Below are positions 24,120 through 36,001 of a stretch of DNA of 64,000 nt, piece by piece. The notes under the pieces were generated by a model. The model ran no database searches. It saw only the letters and a program-made list of their open reading frames with translations, and was not told where the DNA came from. Position numbers and translations under genes: made by a program. The DNA is from Octopus vulgaris (lineage: Eukaryota). Position 1 is the first letter of the stretch, and each line of letters begins with the position of its first letter. Location: positions 33,480,001 to 33,544,000 of the forward strand of contig OX597827.1 of assembly GCA_951406725.2 (NCBI GenBank), given 5' to 3'.

Positions 24120-26998
24120 ACTTCAGGAAAATAAAAAGGAAATTGCCACCATAAATATTTTCATAAACTGAACCAATAAGCATAAGTTTTTAGAAGGAAA
24201 ACAAGGCAAAAATACACACTGCTGTCTGTGTAATTGACTACGAAAAACCAATCTGATGTTCGAAATATTTAGTTATCGTCAGTGGAGATCAGTATTAATG
24301 TGTGTCTGTAGATATATAAGTATATAAATGTAAAAAGACACAGGTACACACACACACACACACACACTCACACAAATATCTAGATAGATAGATAGATAGA
24401 TATTGTTGGAAGTTAAGTTGGTAAATAACTAGAGACAGTTATATAGACAAATAATGTATAAATATAATATATAGATAGCATTGACACCAATATATCTAGA
24501 AATTAATAGTTAGAAAGATAGATGAATAAAGAGGTTAACAGACAGATTTAGGTTGAAAAATTTAAGCTGATAAAATATATATTTATCAACATCAACAGAT
24601 GTCTAGGGATGAAGGGTGATAGATATAAAACTGTGACTGTAAATGTATAATCTGCTGTTTTACTGATATTACTATAATGCATACTCACAGCTTATTATGA
24701 GACAATGGAGAAAAAATAATAATATATAAAAAAAAATTAATATTTTATTAAAAGTGTCAAGTCAAATTCATGAGTGCATGACTGCATACATGGTGCAATG
24801 TTTTTATCATTTTACAAGGACATTTTGGCTGCAATGTACCTGTTAATTGCAGGATAAGGTCAACAGCAACGGACATAGTTTACACTCAATGAACCACAGT
24901 TCTGGAATATCTCATATGTAACTAATCTAAACTACATTTAAGCAAGTAATAGTGTTAGATGTAGCAGCAGCAGTAGTAGTATAGCCAAAACTAGATATTT
25001 TATAGAACACAACTGGAAGGTATTTGTGAATTGAATCCATAATTAGTTTGTGATTGTTTCACTTCACTTCTATTTGGCTGCTAATGCCTTTAATAGTATT
25101 AACATTGCACTGTTTCATTCCCTGATCTCTGTAAATCTGAGATATGTGAATAATTAGGAAGTTATTGTTGTTGTTATTATTTATAGTAGTGTTGTGGTTG
25201 ATGGCATAGCACAGCAATGAATACTTGTTTTCTAACTTTGCCTACTTTATTAAAGCCCTTAAGAAAGGTATGAACAACACGATATCACCTTCCATATTCT
25301 CTTCTCTACATGTTTAAGACATCATGTTTAATTAAGAAAATTCTTTCATCATTAGATCGCCACCATCATCATCATTATTATCATTATTATTATTATTATT
25401 ATCTTCATTATTATTATTATTCTCTAAGAATTTGTGTAAATGTGTGAATTTGCAGAAGCTGTCAACCCATGGCTATAGTGTGGAGAAAACAAATGTAAAA
25501 ACAGGAATATATAAATGGAAATAAAACATTACAGTTGTTAACTGTAGGGTCAATAAAATTGCAAAATAAACGCCCTACTGTCATTGTTGTTACCATCATC
25601 ATCATCATCAACAGTAACATCATCATCAATCAGAACTGGCTTAGCTATTTTTTTCCAGTCATCTGATGTAAACTTGTTGCACTCAAACTCACTTGCTACC
25701 CCTCTTTTTTCCTCACAAGCAATCTCACTCATACTCAAATGTAAAAGTCACACAGTTACCTGTGTGACTTTTACATACTTATTCATATAGACTGATCCAT
25801 AGAACATTTTCATTGTAAAGACATATTCATACTGCACAATCTCCTGCTCATACACATGTGAAGAATACACAAACAGACTCTCTCTTACACTACAGACTCA
25901 ATGATATAAACACCAGTCTCTGAAAAGAAGATTTCATTACATTTAACCCTGATTACCCAAATTCTTCAGTCTATGAGGACATGAAAAGCTACAAGTATTT
26001 CCCTACTTATTTTAGACTAACAGTTAAAGAGGAAAAAAACAAGACAGTAGAAAGAAACAGCTACCCATAGTTTCAGTTTGGAGAAAATTATTTCACAAAT
26101 TATTTCTGTAAATATCAATTCTTCATAGACATATATATCTAATCAACAGGGTTGATGGATATATCCACTTGATTTCGTTGGTAATTACAAGTCAGGTGAC
26201 ACACTATTGGCACAACAACAATGTTGATATTTAGTAATTGATGGAAGGTGGTGGCTCTTCTCATGTTTGCATTGCACAGAAGTTGGAGACCAGTTCTCAT
26301 CATTTATATCATCTATTAAAAATAATCTGTCATAACTTCTTCAATCCTTAATTATTTAAAAATATTAATTTGATATTATTGTGTTAAGTTAAAGGAGTGG
26401 GGGCAGGCAGGTCACATCGAACTCATCCTTTTCAATTTGCTATCTCATTCATATCATAGACATCAGAAAACATAAATACACACACACACACACCCATGCA
26501 GAGAAATTGAGAGAGAGAGAATGGAAAGTTAACAGAAAAATAAGTAATGAAACCAATATTTATGAGCCCAAATGATTTATTCATAAAGTAGAGCATGATT
26601 TTTCTAGTTTCTGTTGTATTAAAAAGCTCTTTTTGATCTATTCCTGGATAGAAGGCTAGTCTGTTGCTGGCTAATTTCACTGCTATCACCATCAGCAGAC
26701 TCTTTAAGTGATGCCTGTTTTATCCATTCTACTGAAAAAGTTTGACAAAATACAAACCACAAAAAAAAAATAATAAAAGGGTATGATAAAGTAAATAGTC
26801 AGTTTAGGTGGATACAGCTTAATTATGTTAGATGTAAATGAGGTGTTTTTGATATTGACCTAATATCACTTCCTGCATTCATAGACCAGCTGCACTAAGC
26901 ACCCACTTTAAAAAGTATATGTGCAAAATATATAACAAGGGAAGATCTGTGGAAGATAGTGAATTGGTTCCAGTATTTAAGTTATTCTCTTCAGCCTG

Positions 26999-27369
26999 GT
27001 GAGTTTTTTTTTTTCATTCCAACTATGGACTGCAAGAGACTTCTGCTGCATCAAGACAATAAATCAATGTTATAGAATTTGGATGTTAACTCTTTACAAG
27101 ATTGCTCTTCACAATTTGCTTTGATTTTTAATTTTTTATATGCTTATTTTGTAGCATATACATACATCAGTACACTTTTTACACTGACAACTATTTGTAA
27201 TATACCTTAAATGAATTTAAATACAGATATTTATATACAGGTATAAGTATATATATATATGTTTATATGTATATATACATATATATATCCATTTTCAAAA
27301 TTCCACTCTAACCCTCCAAAAGAAATTTTTCATTATCTCCCTTCTCTTTCTTGACCAATCTACATTCAG
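26999..27369 (+). other. Putative intron preceding the zinc-finger exon
   Basis: CTG|GTGAGT donor at 26999; CTAAC branch at 27308, pyrimidine tract, CAG acceptor at 27367-27369, 15 nt before the ATG. Confidence 0.5.
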
Positions 27370-27384
27370 TGCAAACTGATCATA

Positions 27385-28857
27385 ATGGAAAAATCTTTCA
27401 CATGTGAAATTTGTCAAAAGACATTCACCCGTCGGTCAAACTTGACCCGACATGTCTCAAACTGTCACAGAGACAGAGAAGTAGTGGAAAAATCAGAGAA
27501 CAATGTCAGAATGGAAGAAACCAACGATGTCAGCTTGAGCAACAGCCCAATGGGTGTATTTTCCTGTAACATATGCCTACAAGGCTTTACTTTGAACTCT
27601 CAACTTCAAGCTCATGCTCGGGAACATGAGGCAGAAAGTGGTGTCAGTAGTGAGAACATAAACTCAGTTGTTAATACTGATACAAAAAGTGACGAAGTCA
27701 GTTCTAGTGTCGAGAGTCTTGGCATGGTGAACCCTTGTATTGTGAACCCTTCTATTAGCCCAATTATTACTGCTGATAACAATAATTTGAATAATGTTGG
27801 TCCTGATGTTGCTTCTTCAGAAGTTGTTGTTACCACAGATGTGTTAAATCATGATGTCACTTCTCCAGTTATGGTTGTCAATGGTGTTGTACGTGGTGAT
27901 ACTGCTGTTACTCCCAATCTAATCAACGAAACTATAAACACCACCACCACCTCCACCACTGTCTCAGCTATATCTTCCTCACCATCTCTTTTGGTTCGTC
28001 ACTCAAGTCCTTACTCCTGCTCCATTTGTCAACGAGGCTTCTCCCAGCGATCACATCTTGACGCACATGTTCGCATACACTCGGGAGAGCGGCCCTACCA
28101 GTGTAACCAGTGCGGGGCAGCCTTCTCTCGAAGAGGTAACTTGGTGCGTCATCGGCTGTCTCATGGAGGTGAACGAAAACACAAGTGTACTGTGTGTGGA
28201 CGGAGATTCTCGCAAAAGTCACATCTTCAAGTCCATTTACGGATACACACTGGTGAACGACCTTACAAGTGTGACCGTTGTGGTTATGCCTTTTCTCGCA
28301 ATGGTAATCTCGTCCGGCATCGACGAGCCAACAGCAGCGGCAAGCGTAAATACAGCTGTGTACCTCCCACATTACTGTCAACATCAAGTGGACAACAGTC
28401 AACATCAAACACATCTTCATCACAAGCTGCTCTCATATCCATGTGCCAAAATAATTTGGCACAGACACAAATACAAACTAAAAATGTGGTGAGTGGTTCA
28501 AGTCAGAAGGGAGTGAAGACCCATGTTAGTAACAGTGCTGAAGGCAAGAATGCAGCAGCCTTACATCAGCAACAATTACTGCAAACCACCTCCAATACAA
28601 CTACCACTACTGCAGTGGTAGCAACAGCACCAACTGCTGCAAGTACCAATGTGGTTCAATTAGCAAATGTCCCCTATCAAATAATGACAGCTCTTCCAAG
28701 TCCCCTAAATGCCATTCAGCCAGTGACTAGTTACCACTCCCTGGCTAATGTCCCCCATCAGCTAGTCACTGTTCCACAACCAATTAGTGTCCACCAACTG
28801 GCCAGTCTAGGTAATATTGCCAGCATCCCTCTTCACATTGATGTACCAACAACTTAA
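27385..28857 (+). CDS. C2H2 zinc-finger transcription factor (2 isolated + 4 tandem fingers, Q/T/P-rich C-terminus)
   Basis: Uninterrupted 490-aa ORF; CxxC-x12-H-x3/4-H motifs with SGERP/GGERK/TGERP linkers; sixth finger lacks the terminal His. Confidence 0.95.
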   Translation: MEKSFTCEICQKTFTRRSNLTRHVSNCHRDREVVEKSENNVRMEETNDVSLSNSPMGVFSCNICLQGFTLNSQLQAHAREHEAESGVSSENINSVVNTDTKSDEVSSSVESLGMVNPCIVNPSISPIITADNNNLNNVGPDVASSEVVVTTDVLNHDVTSPVMVVNGVVRGDTAVTPNLINETINTTTTSTTVSAISSSPSLLVRHSSPYSCSICQRGFSQRSHLDAHVRIHSGERPYQCNQCGAAFSRRGNLVRHRLSHGGERKHKCTVCGRRFSQKSHLQVHLRIHTGERPYKCDRCGYAFSRNGNLVRHRRANSSGKRKYSCVPPTLLSTSSGQQSTSNTSSSQAALISMCQNNLAQTQIQTKNVVSGSSQKGVKTHVSNSAEGKNAAALHQQQLLQTTSNTTTTTAVVATAPTAASTNVVQLANVPYQIMTALPSPLNAIQPVTSYHSLANVPHQLVTVPQPISVHQLASLGNIASIPLHIDVPTT

Positions 28858-29334
28858 AACTGTGTTTAATGTAACATTGTGATGCTTGCAAGCATTCAGC
28901 ATAAATGTGCAAAAAAAAAACTCCTGGAAAAAATTAGACCTTTCAGGAATCTGGCCCTGGAGAACAGAGTAGTTTTTCTTTTTCTTGTTATTTTAAACAC
29001 TGAAGAAACGAAGGTTAAACCAAACAGAAAAAGAGGGTGACATGGTAACAAAAGAGTTACATTGACAGACTGACTGCATAAAATGTATAAAGAAAAAGGG
29101 TTAATGTGAGAGAATAAGGGATAGTAGAATGAAAGAAAATTAGAAAGTATACGAAAGGGTGTGGGAAAAGCATTAGGATAAAAGAGAACTAGAAGATTGA
29201 AAATGAAAGGGAATAGAGAAAGAGGTCGTCTGAAATAGAGGATAGTAATTGATTTTGTATATGTAGAATAATATGCATATGTGTATATATATACATATAT
29301 GTATGTGTGTGTGTATATATATATATATATATAA

Positions 29335-29690
29335 TTCTTTTACTTGTTTCAGTCATTTGATTGTGGCTATGTTGGAGCACTACCTTGAGTTTTAGTCAAA
29401 CAAATTGACTCCACAACTTATTTTTTAAAGCCTAGTACTTATTATATCAGTTTCTTTTGCTGAACTGCTAAGTTACAGGGACATAAACACACCAACACCA
29501 GTTGTCAAACACTGAAGTGGGGACAATCATACACACACACGTGTGTGTATATATATAATAAGATTCTTTCAATTTCCATTTGCCAAATCCACTCACAAGG
29601 CTTTGGTTGACCCAAGGCTATAGTAGAAGGCATTTGCCCAAGGTGCTATGCTGTGGGACTGAACCTGGAACTATGTTATTGGGAATATAC
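29335..29690 (-). mobile_element. SINE family B
   Basis: Homologous to 41935-42350. Confidence 0.82.
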
Positions 29691-30244
29691 ATATATTTTC
29701 AGTTTCTCACTGCTCAGAGTTTGTCGGTTACGTAGAAGCTATCGGGAAATAAAGCATGAATGAAGAAACTTAGATGGTAGGTTCAGAAGAGTTAATCCGG
29801 AAGCATCAAATTATTTTTCTCTTTATTTCTTGTGTGCACATGTGTATGTGTGTGTATATATGTAAAGCTTTGCATCCATTATTTGCTAGTGAGCAGAATA
29901 GTTTTTTCATGCAATTATACATATATTTCTCCAAATGTTGTTTTTATGGCTCAATGTTCTTATTACTGTTTACCACTTCACTGTGAAGCAACAGTTGGTG
30001 AAATCTGTAGTTAGAGGCACATTGAGGCAAACAGAGTTATGTTCCTTGCTCAAGAAAACAAGATGATTCTCATACTATAAATTGAACTCTTGTCTATCTA
30101 CTCTGTACTCTAACACTTTAATCTCAGAGAAATTGTGATACATGATTGAATGATCTTTATTCCCTACTCTGAATTGTACATGAATATTTCACATTTGTTG
30201 ATAACACTGAAATATGTGTGTGTGAGTATCTATCTGTCTATCTA

Positions 30245-30585
30245 GGGGTGCCATTGCATAGTACCTAAAATCCCACCTCTCAAAATATGGGACTAGACAC
30301 TGTAGTAACTTGGGATTCAAGGGCTCACATCTCTTCCCAAAGGAGCTGAGATCCTATGTGGTGTAGATGTATATGTCTGCAAAACTAAACTGGATCTCCT
30401 ACAATCAAAAATCCCAGTTGAGCCACCTTCACAGTAGGAAGTGTGAATGAGAGCAGCAGCATCAAATTCCCTCATTCACCAAATGCCAACTACTAAAGGA
30501 AGATTAATGATGATGCAGTAATGCCAGTTGGCAGTGCCCCAGCATGGCCACAGCCATTGAGCTGAAACTAGTAAAGAGTAAAAGA
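30245..30585 (+). mobile_element. 3' end of CR1/L2-like LINE
   Basis: Matches 4120-4370 (CTTCACAG.AGGAAGTG..ATGAG.GCAGCAGCATCA); tail GAGCTGAAACTAGTAAAGAGTAAAAGA. Confidence 0.75.
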
Positions 30586-32626
30586 TATATATATGCACAC
30601 ACTTTTTCTAACTTAGAGGATGTAAAACTGCTGTCTCTTTAATTTCTCTCCTGTCTGAAAAGTTAGATTTTCTACTCCCCATGGCAAGTTTTACTGTATT
30701 CTATCAATTTTACAAAATACTACAATTCTTGCCAATGCAGACCAACTGCAGTCTCTTTGGAGTCTGATGGTATATATCTGTGTGTACAATGAATTTAAAT
30801 ACTGCAATAAATTTTAAGTAGTTAGGAGAAAGAAAAGTGGTTTGGCAAAACTAGTAAAAATTTCATTTCTGTTCAATTTATGATTTTGTTCAAAACCTTT
30901 GACTACTTTTCATCCTTTCAACATCAAATTTTTACTTTTGTTTGAATTATTTGTATTACTCTTTGCTGACAGTACTGCACTAATTTTTTGAGATTCTGTT
31001 TTCTAACATATATATACAAGTTTACATCAATATGTGTATATGATGAAAAAAATGTTAAAATTTGATGATATATATATACTTCTATGGTATTATATTTATA
31101 ATACATCTGATACTACAAGTGTCATATTACGTACACATGTATATATTAACAGTCTCATTTGATTGAGGGTTTCTTTTCAACTCACTGTGTAACATATGTG
31201 AAACCTGACCATATACATGTGTCTGTTGCCTAGAGACATCATCAAGTATATTTCCTCAAACTTTATATATGTATACATCAGTTAATAAAAGTCTCTCACT
31301 GATTGCTTTATAAAATATTTTACAACAGTAAAATCCAGTTTGGGGCCAAATTTCCTTGTGTTTGGAAATTTATGACAAGAAACAATCAATATGTGAGTAT
31401 AAAATTCATCATAATGGCAAAATTTTGAGTTTTTTTTTTCTTTTGACAGAAATCAATTGTGAATGATGTATTTTTATTTTTACTTATATAAAAAAATAGC
31501 CAAAACAATGCTTGCTATATATATATATACATACACACACACTCATACTCACACTCACATGTGCACAGACACATGCATAAATTGGTCAGTTGCACATAGA
31601 TGGCTGATGAAATGGTCTGGTTATATGGTTATATAATAAGATAATGTAATACATCATTGAACAAATAAAAAAACCATTCTATGGAAACGACAGTAATGCA
31701 GCGTGAACAGTGTCTCTATTCCCATTGTTTTATTTTATATATGTGTGCGTGAGAGAGAGAGAGCGAGAGTTAAAAGCTTCTTTATTGGTAGAGAATTGAT
31801 GTGGGGTAAAATAAACAAGTTAAGTTAGAAAATATGTAAATGTTTACAAAGGTAGAAATCAGAGTAGTGATGGTGGTGGCAGCAGTGAAATCTATTTCAT
31901 TCAATTCAGTAAACTTTCTTTATCACAAGAAACATAAAATGAGCTATAAAACAGCTCATCCAATCAGTTATGCCACATTTTCAAGACCTTTGCTTTTATG
32001 AACATCTAATTTGTACATGCCATAGAAAATATGAAATTTATACATTGCACATACAAAACATGATATATGTACATTACAAATACAAAACTATTTCCATGTA
32101 ATCACCATTGAAATTAACTTTTTTTTTTTTTTTATATTTAAGAAGACTTTTAAAAACTCTTTTTTCACTATCTTTGTAAAATTTCATGAATTTGTAACCA
32201 TTGGCCATTTACAGTTTTGCAATGTTTGTGTCAATGTCTATCTGCTGATACAATAATACGTACACACACACATATACACACATGTATTATATATGCCTTG
32301 TAGAGTAGAAAGTCTTTGGTAAGACAAACTTGTGAGAAGTTTACACTCCTGGTTCATGTAATTTCACTTCAATGAAATCACTAAATGCCCTAAAAACTGA
32401 ATGAATATTACAACACTCAATAAAATTATATGTATGAAGTACATATATATATAAATATATACATATACACACACACATAAATAACATGCATAAATATCTA
32501 TTGATAATCATGTTTTAATTCAACTTTTTACATTTCAAATATATTTTTATCAGTATAATACACACATACATATTTACAATTGTACATACATATTTATAAT
32601 TATGCATACATTTGTGTCTGTATATG

Positions 32627-32676
<50 letters not shown>

Positions 32677-32857
32677 CACATATAGGTGCATAAACATCTT
32701 ATTTGCTTCTGTTAGGTATGCATACAATCGGCATTTAATTTCTGACTAGAGTCTATTTGCAATATTTAAATGAGATATGCACTAAAAACAACAAAAAATT
32801 ACACCAACATTCACACTGAATACAAACCACACACACACATTTATATATACATACATT

Positions 32858-32889
<32 letters not shown>

Positions 32890-32894
<5 letters not shown>

Positions 32895-33106
32895 ATAACC
32901 CCTTGCCATATTGCGGTACACCTGTCGTGGTTTATTATTTAAGCTTATGTCAATTCCTCCATGGTGCTGTGTTGCATTTATGATTAGCTGTATGCAAATT
33001 ATAAAAATTATTAAAAAGATATACACTACAGTACTGTTTTTACTTGTGGATTTGTACCTGCCACAGGGTGTCTTGGAATGCAGAACCCGCGATAGTTGAG
33101 GGATTA

Positions 33107-33109
<3 letters not shown>
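32890..33109. mobile_element. Tigger/pogo-like MITE in (TA)n
   Basis: Imperfect TIRs (T/C)AGTAAT..CCCT.GCCATATTGCGG and CCGCGATAGTTGAGGGATTACTG|TA. Confidence 0.65.
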
Positions 33110-33144
<35 letters not shown>

Positions 33145-33356
33145 ACATACACACACACACATACATAATTCCATACAGACATAAATGCAGTAACCACTGA
33201 TTTTTGTGTGTATGTATATATATATATAAATATATATATATATATTTATAACACATACCTAATATATATAATGTACATAAATAATATATGTGTGTGTATA
33301 CATATACATACGCACACATATATATATATAATATATATATACATATGTATATATAA

Positions 33357-33402
<46 letters not shown>

Positions 33403-33447
33403 ACATATATATATATACATATATAAATATATACATACATATATATG

Positions 33448-33499
<52 letters not shown>

Positions 33500-33928
33500 T
33501 ATACTGCATGGTAGTATCGCCTGTGCTTCTTGCATGAAAGAAGCATTGTAAGGGGGAGGCAAGCATTAGGAAGGGCATCCAGCCCTAGAAGTGATCCAAA
33601 GCAGACACTAGAGCACAATACAGTCCTTGGACCCATCAGATCTTTTCAAACCATCCAGCCTATTCTAGTGTTGAACATGGATGATGTTGATATATATTAT
33701 TAATCAGTTGTAGGATTTGTTAGAATCAAGATATTCTAACATACAGGATGGTGGGCATGGGTCAAGTATCACACGTATGTAGATGTATTATAAACATACA
33801 CCCATTTATATATGCACATATATACGAATACACACACACAAGTTCTCGATCCAATGCAAGTCATAAATCCAACAAAGAAATGGTTCCAGGTATGTCATTT
33901 GTATAATAGAAGAACACAAGTAGAGTTT

Positions 33929-34290
33929 AAAGATTCACAACAGCTGTTTCAGCAGCATTATTTTTCATTGAACACTAGTTAAGTCATTATTATCACATTG
34001 TGAAAAAACTTTACTCTTATCGGGTGATTTTAAACATAGGTAAGAAAGAAATTCAAATCAGCTCTCCTTGCCAGGCATTAGCAGAGTAGGTGGGTATATT
34101 TGAAATTTTAACAGTTCTTCAAATATACTCACCAGTTTTGCTGATGCCCCGGGTGAGTCGATTTGAATTCTTTCTTTTACATATGTTTAAAATCACCTGA
34201 CGAAAGAGGATACTTTTCATGATGTAATCGTGATGATTGAACTATTCATCAATAAAAAAATTTGGCTGAAACAACTGTTGTATTCTTTTA
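33929..34290. repeat. ~360 bp palindrome with outward-facing hammerhead-like motifs
   Basis: Arms ~175 bp around loop AATTTAACAGTTC; right arm TCAC-CTGACGA...GAAA-CAACTG-TT; left arm (minus) TCAC-CCGATAA...GAAA-CAGCTG-TT-GTGA. Confidence 0.75.
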
Positions 34291-34357
34291 TATATATATA
34301 TATGTATGTATATTTATATATTTATACATGTATGTATACTTTTTATCAAAGTCAATA

Positions 34358-34474
34358 AAATTTTCACAAACTGTTAATCAGAGTTCCACATTACCATTTG
34401 TTAGACAGTTTTGATTACAACTATCTGACAAATCGCAATATGAAACGTTGAGTAACAGTTTGTGAAAAATTTTT
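34358..34474. repeat. ~115 bp palindrome with degenerate hammerhead motifs
   Basis: AAAATTTTCACAAACTGTTA / TAACAGTTTGTGAAAAATTTT; right arm AACTAT-CTGACAA-ATCGCAATAT-GAAA-CGTTGAG-TA-ACAGTT. Confidence 0.65.
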
Positions 34475-34585
34475 CAGCTTGAATAAAAAACATATTACTC
34501 TACCTTTGGTATTCAAGTACTGTTTTTTTTTTCCATCTTGTTTTGCATTTATGTGCTTACTTGTGCGTATATATATAAATATATG

Positions 34586-34638
<53 letters not shown>

Positions 34639-34814
34639 GTATGTATATATGTCTGTATGCATGTATATGCGTGTATATATGTACATATATGTATGCATAT
34701 ATATATATATGGTAATCTATGGGTTTAGTTTTGTCTACTGAAACTGATACATCATTTTGGGTATGCATTTGCACAGTGAGTAAATGATGAGAGTAATGAA
34801 GGACTTATTCAAAC

Positions 34815-34922
34815 AATCACCTGAAGAGGCGCATTTTGCACCTTGTATATATGATAATGATTACTTGGCATCTCACCAACGTACGACTGGTGCAAAAATG
34901 TGTTGAAATAATTGTAGTAATT
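34815..34922 (+). ncRNA. Candidate type-I hammerhead ribozyme (Penelope-type)
   Basis: AATCAC-CTGAAGA-GGCGCATTTTGCACC...GGTGCAAAAATGTGTT-GAAA-TAATTG-TA-GTAATT: all core motifs present and stems I-III can pair (with G-U). Confidence 0.68.
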
Positions 34923-35423
34923 TTAAATAAAAAATGTCATTCATTTCTTTTTTTGTCATTTATCTAAATATGTATGTGTATACACACAACACTCATATAG
35001 ATATGTACATACATATATTGGCATTAGGAAGGGCACCCAGCCATAGGAGCCGTGCCCAAACTGACAGTAGAGCATGATACAGTCCTTAGACCCATTGGAT
35101 TGTGCCATACAGTCTAACTCATTCCAGCATGGAACATGGATGTTATATAATACAATGTATATGCATGTATATATTTATGTATGTATATGTATAACCTGCT
35201 AGAAATAGTAGCTCAATCACCTGTCTAATTTAAATAACAAAAAATTATTTAGATAGTGCTGTCCTGGATACCCCTAAAAATACAGCATCACCATGTTTCT
35301 TTGATCATATGGAATCTGCACAATCACAGCTGACATAGGGCTAAACATCAGCTACACACTGTTATCACATACACAGAGTCAAATATACTCAACCATTGGG
35401 CAATTAATTGAATTGATATCCAT

Positions 35424-35425
<2 letters not shown>

Positions 35426-35488
<63 letters not shown>
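35426..35488. repeat. (CT)n/(GA)n microsatellite, ~31 units
   Basis: Perfect dinucleotide run. Confidence 0.97.
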
Positions 35489-35491
<3 letters not shown>

Positions 35492-35509
35492 CTATCTCTT
35501 TCTCAATAT

Positions 35510-35895
35510 CTTTTACTTGTTTTAGTCATTTGGCTGTGGCCATGATGGGGCACCACCTTGAATTGTTTTAATTGAACAAATCAACTCCAGGCCTTTTTTT
35601 CTTTTTAAGCCTGCTACTTATTCTGTCAGTCACTTTTGCCAAACTGCTAAGTTGCAGGAACATAGACACACCAGCACCATTTGTCAAGCAGTGGTGGGGG
35701 ACAAATACAGGCACAAAGACATACATGCATAAATACACACAAACACACACACATATATGTCTACCAAATCAACTCACAAGGCTTTGGTTGGCCCTGAGGC
35801 TATAATAGAAGTCTCTTGCCCAAGGTGCCATGCAGTGGGACTGAACCTGGAACCATGTGATTGAGAAGCAAGCTTCTTAACATACAGCCATGCCT
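35510..35895 (-). mobile_element. SINE family B
   Basis: Homologous to 41935-42350. Confidence 0.82.
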
Positions 35896-36001
35896 TTGCT
35901 TATATGTGTATGCCTGTGTACACCCAAGCCTGCATCTATATACATATATATATATATAATAGTACACACACACACACACATGACAAAAATAAATATGTAC
36001 A

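Noticed and set aside
27612-28492. Antisense and alternate-frame ORFs over the ZF gene
   Set aside because: Shadows of the real CDS with no domain signatures
31603-31700. Hammerhead-like CTGATGA-AATGGT...ACCATT..GAAA-CGACAG-TA in the putative 3' UTR
   Set aside because: Five extra bases before GAAA, no stem I and a non-palindromic loop III
33104-33636. Many overlapping YIYIYI/VCVC/THTH ORFs here and throughout the ORF track
   Set aside because: Translations of (TA)n/(CA)n microsatellites that lack stop codons
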